DNA of 64,000 nucleotides, taken from Paramoeba atlantica. Lineage: Eukaryota > Protista > Discosea. Location: positions 558,001 through 622,000 of the forward strand of contig CDRNVI010000029.1 in NCBI GenBank assembly GCA_977017575.1, given 5' to 3'. The notes beneath the pieces are model-generated. The model did no database searches, had not been told where the DNA came from, and was given only the letters and a program-made list of their open reading frames with translations. The position numbers and the translations under genes were made by a program. The stretch's first letter is position 1. Every line of letters begins with the position of its first letter. Below are positions 57,287 through 64,000 of the stretch, piece after piece.

Positions 57287-57694
57287 ATGATGCAAAATTT
57301 AGAGAAAGAGAACTTACCATCGAGCTTGACATGGTTAAAAATGAGCTCCAAGAGTCAAACGAAAGGTGCGAGTACTACAAAAAACAGTGAAGTCCTAAAG
57401 ATCAACGAAAACAAGCTGCTGGCGTCGATGTCCCGCCTCAGAAAAGAGAATTATTTTTCTACAAACCTCGCCTCCGTGCAGAAGAACAAAAGATCGGGGC
57501 GCCCAATGAAGAGACGTACTATAAATCGGAAAGGGCTCCCTCGAATATGGTACGGAAAGGATGGGTTGAGGGAAAAGGGCATTACTACCTTAATGCTGCG
57601 AGAGGACGACGTGTCTGGAGGAGCGTTTCTTCAAAATCTTGTTTTCACGGACGAAGTAAACATTCATAGCGTGATCTCATGTGATCTCGCGTGA
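57287..57694 (+). pseudogene. Possible Tc1/IS630-like transposase relic
   Basis: RSGRP and NLVFTDE motifs only. Confidence 0.3.
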
Positions 57695-58689
57695 TTTCAC
57701 GTGATCTCTTCTTGGGCCTCACCCGCATCCAGATTTGGCCCGATTGATGCCAGCATCGACTGCGATCCCGTACACCATGTGCGAATCTACATACTGTACA
57801 TGTCCGTGCGGAGTTTCCCCCAAACCTCGTTCGATAGAATAGTCCCGTTTTCGTGTCATGTTTTCAGATTTTTTTGTGGAATTGCCTTTCTAATGGAGGT
57901 ACTTCGCTCGCAGGTATCGGGCGTAGCTATTCGTACTTCTTGATTAGCCATGCAAACCGACTCGAGGGAAGGTTCGTGAAGATTTGCAGGTGTGTGAGAA
58001 CCTTCTCAACAAATCTTTTTACTACCGCATATTTTGGTACGGAGACCTCCTTTAGTTTCTCTGGCCCTCTCCCTCCGTTCATGACACTCTCGTCGGTGCC
58101 TGTGATATGCGTTTTTGAATCGGCGGTGCGAAAAGAACGTACATCCCTCTTTAGCACACTCCAAATGCCTGGCAAAATTGCCTGGCACCGTGACTGCATG
58201 CAAAAAAAATGAAGTCACTGACACCAGATTTATCCCATTTGGCAATAGTAAATTAGCCATGGGGCCGCACCTACAAGCGAGTGATCTTCCCGGCAGCACC
58301 GAAGTGCGTCGAGAAGGCTGGTTTGTAGGCGCGGAAATTAAATACAGATGAAAATGATCTCTTTAAAAGGTATATTATGTTATGTGTACCTCACTTTTGG
58401 TGATATACATGTATTACATCCGACAAACAGTTTATAATTGCAATTTATTCAAAAAGTTCTTATTAATTCAAATAACATACTAATGCTGTGTTTTTTTTGT
58501 GCTGTGCATAATCTAAAGTCAATGTCAGCCGCATAAAGATCATAAATTCCACGAATCAAAATATCCGGAAACCAAAAGATTCCAAAAGAAATACGCACAA
58601 CGTAGTGGAAAGCGTCACTCAGACGCTGAGACATAAAGACCTCGGATCATAAAATCCGGAAAACAACAGAGTAATTTTTCACCCCCCTC

Positions 58690-58754
58690 TTACCCCCCCT
58701 TAATATGTACATACCCCAAAAACGTGTGCATATTAAAGGGGGGGGTCTCAGTAT
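58690..58754. mobile_element. MITE end, family C copy 2
   Basis: Matches 6528-6597. Confidence 0.65.
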
Positions 58755-58868
58755 GTATTTTAACCTTATTTAAAATATGGCTAAAATTTATAACAAAATA
58801 AATTTATATAAATTTATAACAAAATAAAAGATATTTCTGAAGATTAATGAAAATTTTTCACACGAATT

Positions 58869-60683
58869 ATGAAAGTACATGAAATTACCAGTCGAGTGCA
58901 GCTAGCTCGAAAGAAAATGGACAGTTCAACTGGCTCCGAAAACTTCGCCAACACATTGGAAATGACGAAGCTTAAAACTGCGACACACGACGAAAATATC
59001 ATGCACCCGGAAAATCATCATGAAAAAGACGGAGTTGCCAACCTATCCGAATCATACGAACCTAAGGGAAAATATGCCAGAATGAGCTCCAATTCTATCA
59101 TGACAACTCAAAAAGTGAATGAATGTGATAATACGCGTGATTGGGAACTGCAAGAAAAAACTTCTCTTTCACTAGCGAAGTCTTCTATCGACGCTTCTTG
59201 TCGACGCCTGGCTCTGGAATATGAGCAATTCTCGTTTGATAGATGTATGACCACGCGCATGTACAGATGGATGCGAAGGGAGTTGAGCAACTCTTGCTGG
59301 AGACAGATGGAAGTGCATGCCAAGAGCTTGATATCAGATGCTCCTCGTTCTATGTGTTGCGCACCCAGAAAACTTCTAGGTCTTCCTAGGGGAGAATCTC
59401 AATTTATTGTAGGTACCATGAACGGACGTCTTCAGCTATGTGATTCTTCTACACTCGAAGGGGTGCCTTTAACCTACCAAGATAGCGAAATATCATACCA
59501 CAATAGGCAGAGTACTTTGCACAATGGCAGGATACTGTGTGTCAACTGGTCTCCACATTGGTACGGGGCAGGTGATACTGAAGAGGGAGATAAGCATAGA
59601 GGAATTTTCACAGCATCAGCTTCAGACGATGGGTCAGCGAACGTTTGGAAAAATCACGAACACCAAGTAGCTACATTGCGCCACCCCACGACAGCAAATT
59701 ATCAAATGCGTTTCGTGGGCTTCTCTCCCACGTCATCGCAGCACATCATCACAGCCGCCTCTGAGGGATCATGGGTACTTTGGGATATTGATCGAATAAC
59801 ATGCGAAAAAGGAGTGGAGGCACAGCGACCTATTTTTTTGCAAAGACACGAGTCGCCTATCACTTGTTCGGATTGGCAATCCGATGGCACGCTTGTATAT
59901 TGCGGTAATCAATCAGGAAATGTTACAATATGGGACATAAGATGTGCCAAGGTAGTTGCATCAATATCTCATTCATCCGAGCGAGTGCTCACTTTGGCTG
60001 CTCATCCTACTGATGGGGTCTCGCTCGCCGTTGGAGGCGAAGACAATTTGGTATCAGCGTGGGACATAAGACAGCCTAAGCGCTTCTCTTCTCTTCTAGC
60101 TGCACATTCTAAAATGGTAACCAGCGTTCGTTTTGGAATCGCTTCTGAAGTTACCAAGCAAAATGCCTCATGCAATTCCTCTTGCATCTCTTCCTGTAGC
60201 TTCGATGGAACTGTGGTTCTCTGGGATTATTTGCCTAACATTTCACGAGATTATGAACATCATGAAGTCACCAAGGGCTCGAGATGTTCCAACGGCGAGA
60301 TATTGTCTGTTTTGAGTGGTCATGACAGTCGCGTGTTTGCTTGTGATTTTGCTTATTTGATGGATTCTTCCGCCCGCACTTCACAGGTAAGATTGATCAG
60401 TATAGGATCTGATCGCACGTGCCTAAGCTGGGAAACTCCGAGATTGACACGTGATGCCCATCTTACAGACGCTTTGGAAAGTGAACATGGTCCTAGTCTT
60501 CAATATTGCTCAAGGCGTGCATCAAGTACTATAGCATCATCATACAAACAACCCGTGCTCGAAACGTTAACCAGTAATGATTCCAGTTCCGTAGTCACAC
60601 CCTCAAAATTCAAAGAACTTTCTGAATCAGATCTTTTAGAAAACGAGTTAGAGGAGGAAATGAGCAGCCATCACGAGCACTGA
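58869..60683 (+). CDS. PRP4: WD40 protein, U4/U6 snRNP PRP4-like
   Basis: WD repeats with H...I...DWQ.DG.L...G, WDIR, LAVGGEDN.V..WDIR, AH...V.SV.F in the PRP4 order. Confidence 0.65.
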   Translation: MKVHEITSRVQLARKKMDSSTGSENFANTLEMTKLKTATHDENIMHPENHHEKDGVANLSESYEPKGKYARMSSNSIMTTQKVNECDNTRDWELQEKTSLSLAKSSIDASCRRLALEYEQFSFDRCMTTRMYRWMRRELSNSCWRQMEVHAKSLISDAPRSMCCAPRKLLGLPRGESQFIVGTMNGRLQLCDSSTLEGVPLTYQDSEISYHNRQSTLHNGRILCVNWSPHWYGAGDTEEGDKHRGIFTASASDDGSANVWKNHEHQVATLRHPTTANYQMRFVGFSPTSSQHIITAASEGSWVLWDIDRITCEKGVEAQRPIFLQRHESPITCSDWQSDGTLVYCGNQSGNVTIWDIRCAKVVASISHSSERVLTLAAHPTDGVSLAVGGEDNLVSAWDIRQPKRFSSLLAAHSKMVTSVRFGIASEVTKQNASCNSSCISSCSFDGTVVLWDYLPNISRDYEHHEVTKGSRCSNGEILSVLSGHDSRVFACDFAYLMDSSARTSQVRLISIGSDRTCLSWETPRLTRDAHLTDALESEHGPSLQYCSRRASSTIASSYKQPVLETLTSNDSSSVVTPSKFKELSESDLLENELEEEMSSHHEH

Positions 60684-61293
60684 GCGAGAAAACAAAAAGA
60701 TGTAGAGTTTTTCGAGATTTTGGTCGTAACTTATTTTTGTAGCTAGCTCTTTTATAGCTTTTACAGTGGCAGGCTCTTTTGTAGCATTTACAGGTGCAGG
60801 CTCTTACACCTTTTGTAGATGCTAGAAGGATTTTTGACGTACAGGGGGGTTAGCTAAATCTGCAAATTCTAACTTTTTGTCTCGGTCAATTTTTGATTTT
60901 GGAAACTCGGCCAATTTTGGATTTTTATCGCGCTTTTGAGAGCTCTCGCATAGCCTTTTAGTGTACTAAGCTTCTATTCGCGTTCATTTAAGTCCTGTAA
61001 AACGCACGTGAAGAAAAATGTCAAGAGTCTTCAAAAAGAACAGACCATAGTACACGCACAGTACAAGAATGAAGATTTCAGTTAAAGAACGAGAAAAATG
61101 TTTCATAGACTTTCCTTTCGCATTGTACTCGGAAGCATAGAGAATGCGTATTTTGCTTTAATTTTACCACAAACACAATGTCCTGTTGTCATAAGTTTCG
61201 ATTCTATGAGTTTCAATTATGGATGCGCTTATAAGACGAAATTCGAGTTTCAACATCTCTCCGCAGCAATAGACAACCCTACGAAAAGTTTTC

Positions 61294-63708
61294 ATGCTTA
61301 GGCGTATATCCTGTCTGTGTATTATTCCTGCGTCGCAGCTAAATCCACTCTCACCTCTCGTACCATCTTTTTCCCTTGTGGGTGCTATGGTACAGGACAT
61401 ACAGGATCGTACTATAAAAGAAGAGTATACACTGTTTTTTGAGCAATTATCTACAGAGGAGCAGATCAGAATTTTCAAAGAGAATACGCACCGCTATCGT
61501 AGTTGGATGGAAACCGCTATAGCGCTGCGTGACATCGACGTTGTGTCACGTCTGGTGAAATTTGTTCGCGAAAACAGTTCTGTATTACACTCAAATCCCA
61601 TGTCCGGTGGTCTAGTTCCTTATTATTATCATTGCCTGCTTCGAGTTTTTACTCTTCATAGAGATTTTTCTTCCTTGGAACAGCTTTTACAGGTTATGGA
61701 GGCTCGAGCTGCCTCTGATCCTATGAGTTCTCTTATAAATAGCAACACTCTAGCATGGGTAATGTGGGTCGCCCATCGGTGCGATGACTTATTTACACTT
61801 GTAAGAGCATTTCAATTAACGAGTCACACTCGACATGCTAATTCGCAACGCGTACTCGAAAAGGAAAGTGAAGATTATTTGTTTGCTGATTGCGAAGGAA
61901 TCGCGTGCGAAGCTTCTAAAACAGTTGCTCCGACCGTTTCAATGATGCTGTATATTGTATCACAGTGTTCCGCACCAATGGCGGGCTTAATTTCAAAAAT
62001 AGGACGCACAAAGAACTCGAAATTCAGTATGAAATTGATCGAAACGGCTAACTTTTCTTGTTCTTTGCCACCTGAACTAGGTGTCTTGCTGGCGGCAACG
62101 CTGAAAATGCTTGATATTCGTATGCAATCTATTGACTACATCTCTCTTCTGATGTGTGTTCTGAATAATCATAATAGATTCTCCCGGATCCAAAGGACTA
62201 TTCTTTACCATTGTCATACATCCGATGTGAATAACGATGGATATAGCAGCTTTCAATGTCTGGTGGAGCGCATTAGTGTACCCAAGTCAGTTATTTCTGG
62301 GCATCAGCAACGATGTACTCAACTTGTTGATTCTATAGTACGTACAGTACACGAATGTCTGGTTAAATGCGGTAAAGATATAAGAAAACCAATGCGTTTA
62401 GGATTTACACAGTGCCGTCACGTCACCTTAGAAGGATGGGTGAGATCTGTGCTCCACCTAGCATGTGAAGAACTCACTGACCCTTCAGCCATTTTTGATG
62501 CACTTCTGACTTGGGGAGATGTCCAAAAACGGCGTATATTTGTGTTGGACGTATCGCTGCAACTTATGTCCGCACTTGCGAGGGATACCACAAATGCAAG
62601 TCAAAATAGAAAATCGGAGGATGTCCTTCTTACTTTGAGAAGCAAAATAATAAGAAAATGTAGACCTTCCATACAGGCTCAGGAACTTCATTTTCACCCA
62701 ATGTTTACTTCAGTTGCGTTATTCGCTGACAATTTAATGCATTATTCTTCTGGGTCGCGGTTATGGGCGCAATTTAGTGCTTTGGCAGATGCAGCTTTGT
62801 CCCATCCAAAATATGAGGATGGCACTCGACTATACGTGAAATCTCAGAAATTAATGTTTCTTCAAACTGAGGATCTTAAACAAAACTTGCAACACATATT
62901 ACACACTGGAATGAGAATGCGCAGTGATCAAAAAATCTCCTTCAGTGTGATGCGCGAGGCCGTTAGGTGCGCACTAGACGCATGCGCCCGCTGGGTTCCA
63001 AAAGACCTAAAGCTGAATGAACTTTCGATGAAAGCGAGGTACAAGTGGTGGACATTCAATGATTGTAGGGACATGGCCTTATCACTGTACGGCTCTGTTT
63101 CTGAGGCCAATGAAAAAATGAAAACTATATTCCTGAATAACTGTATACCCCCGGCCATGAAGGGCTCTGTTTCTTCAGAAGAAGAATTCTTCTTCGCGAA
63201 GAAAGTCGATTCATCAGTTCACAAGCCCAGTAAAGTATTACAGCGAAAAACGTCGTGCTGGTTACAGCTCCCCGATACCTACATTCCTGATCACATGACA
63301 GATCCCCATGTATACAACATGTTTCCGCGTATTAGATTACCCGCAGAATCTACCGCACAAGGCATTCATTCAGCTATTCGTCAGAACAGCATTGATGTTT
63401 TCCCACAAATATATGAGATGATAAAGGACTGTCACCTAAACCAGAATACTTGGTATTTAAACGACAAGGACACAGTAATACGACTTGTTCGTTGCCTATT
63501 ACATCGGCTTGATTTCGACGGTGCGATTGGGGTAATGCGTGCAGCTATTCGACTTCTGGGATATGGGCATAAAATGGACCGCGATATACAGAAAATCTTT
63601 TCTGAAATACACGATCCAAGTGGATCAATTTGCTTTAAGCTTGCATCAGGAATAATGGATGGAGAAGTACATCAAACTAAAACTCGTCACTATGCACCAA
63701 AAGTTTAG
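61294..63708 (+). CDS. Hypothetical 804-aa helical protein, possibly mitochondrial (PPR-like stretches)
   Basis: Long ATG-started ORF; Y..LL..F......F..L..LL..M repeat-like segments. Confidence 0.75.
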   Translation: MLRRISCLCIIPASQLNPLSPLVPSFSLVGAMVQDIQDRTIKEEYTLFFEQLSTEEQIRIFKENTHRYRSWMETAIALRDIDVVSRLVKFVRENSSVLHSNPMSGGLVPYYYHCLLRVFTLHRDFSSLEQLLQVMEARAASDPMSSLINSNTLAWVMWVAHRCDDLFTLVRAFQLTSHTRHANSQRVLEKESEDYLFADCEGIACEASKTVAPTVSMMLYIVSQCSAPMAGLISKIGRTKNSKFSMKLIETANFSCSLPPELGVLLAATLKMLDIRMQSIDYISLLMCVLNNHNRFSRIQRTILYHCHTSDVNNDGYSSFQCLVERISVPKSVISGHQQRCTQLVDSIVRTVHECLVKCGKDIRKPMRLGFTQCRHVTLEGWVRSVLHLACEELTDPSAIFDALLTWGDVQKRRIFVLDVSLQLMSALARDTTNASQNRKSEDVLLTLRSKIIRKCRPSIQAQELHFHPMFTSVALFADNLMHYSSGSRLWAQFSALADAALSHPKYEDGTRLYVKSQKLMFLQTEDLKQNLQHILHTGMRMRSDQKISFSVMREAVRCALDACARWVPKDLKLNELSMKARYKWWTFNDCRDMALSLYGSVSEANEKMKTIFLNNCIPPAMKGSVSSEEEFFFAKKVDSSVHKPSKVLQRKTSCWLQLPDTYIPDHMTDPHVYNMFPRIRLPAESTAQGIHSAIRQNSIDVFPQIYEMIKDCHLNQNTWYLNDKDTVIRLVRCLLHRLDFDGAIGVMRAAIRLLGYGHKMDRDIQKIFSEIHDPSGSICFKLASGIMDGEVHQTKTRHYAPKV

Positions 63709-63790
63709 TGATGATAATTTGCATAAAAAGAAAAAATGGATGTTTCATTCACACCATCAAAGTTGGGATACATTTAGTTTTTCTTTTTTA

Positions 63791-63889
63791 TGCTCTTCGT
63801 TAAACGCGGTGGTGGTTTTCAACGCGAAGCGGGGAGCAACCGGGAACACGGTTTAAGTTGAAAACAACCACCGCGTTTAACGAAGAGCA
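63791..63889. repeat. Palindromic element family P, second full copy
   Basis: Arms match 51869-51977; the central loop differs. Confidence 0.9.
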
Positions 63890-64000
63890 CAAAAAACACA
63901 ATTATACCTAGGAGGTACAATAGGTGTCCCTAGGTATAATAACCCGGAGTAAAATAATAGTGGTATAAAATAATAGGGTATAATAATAGTGAGGTATTTT

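Noticed and set aside
57927-58199. Merlin or IS630 transposase fragment (IWSVLKR, TDES)
   Set aside because: The motifs occur in the wrong order and there is no other support.

Overview
Eukaryotic nuclear DNA, most likely from a kinetoplastid (an early-branching, Perkinsela-like lineage is a guess). About 24 intron-less host genes all lie on the + strand, as in a polycistronic unit: EME1-like, TYW3, RPL39 (missed by the ORF track), CK2-alpha, a zinc-ribbon protein, SCC3, NAA20, aspartyl aminopeptidase, HADH, SNAP50, RPS5, reticulon-like, DTWD1, TylF-like methyltransferase, PFS2/WDR33, PRP4-like and several hypotheticals. Two transposon-rich blocks interrupt them (about 31-46.7 kb and 50.6-58.8 kb). 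These hold a HERO-like RLE non-LTR element with four Mer3/HFM1-type zinc fingers, a CRE/SLACS-like RT, gag and tyrosine-recombinase relics, Tc1 transposases (one DD35E), a hAT fragment, a 9-bp-TSD Mutator-like element and several MITE families. The most unusual signals are (1) a ~520-bp insert inside the HERO RT that folds into a rod carrying three two-fold-symmetric GGUGC(A/G)GAGAGC modules and ends in a spliced-leader-like 32-mer, and (2) two sharp C-rich-to-G-rich skew switches centred inside protein-coding genes. All family assignments come from motif recognition by eye; no database searches were run.
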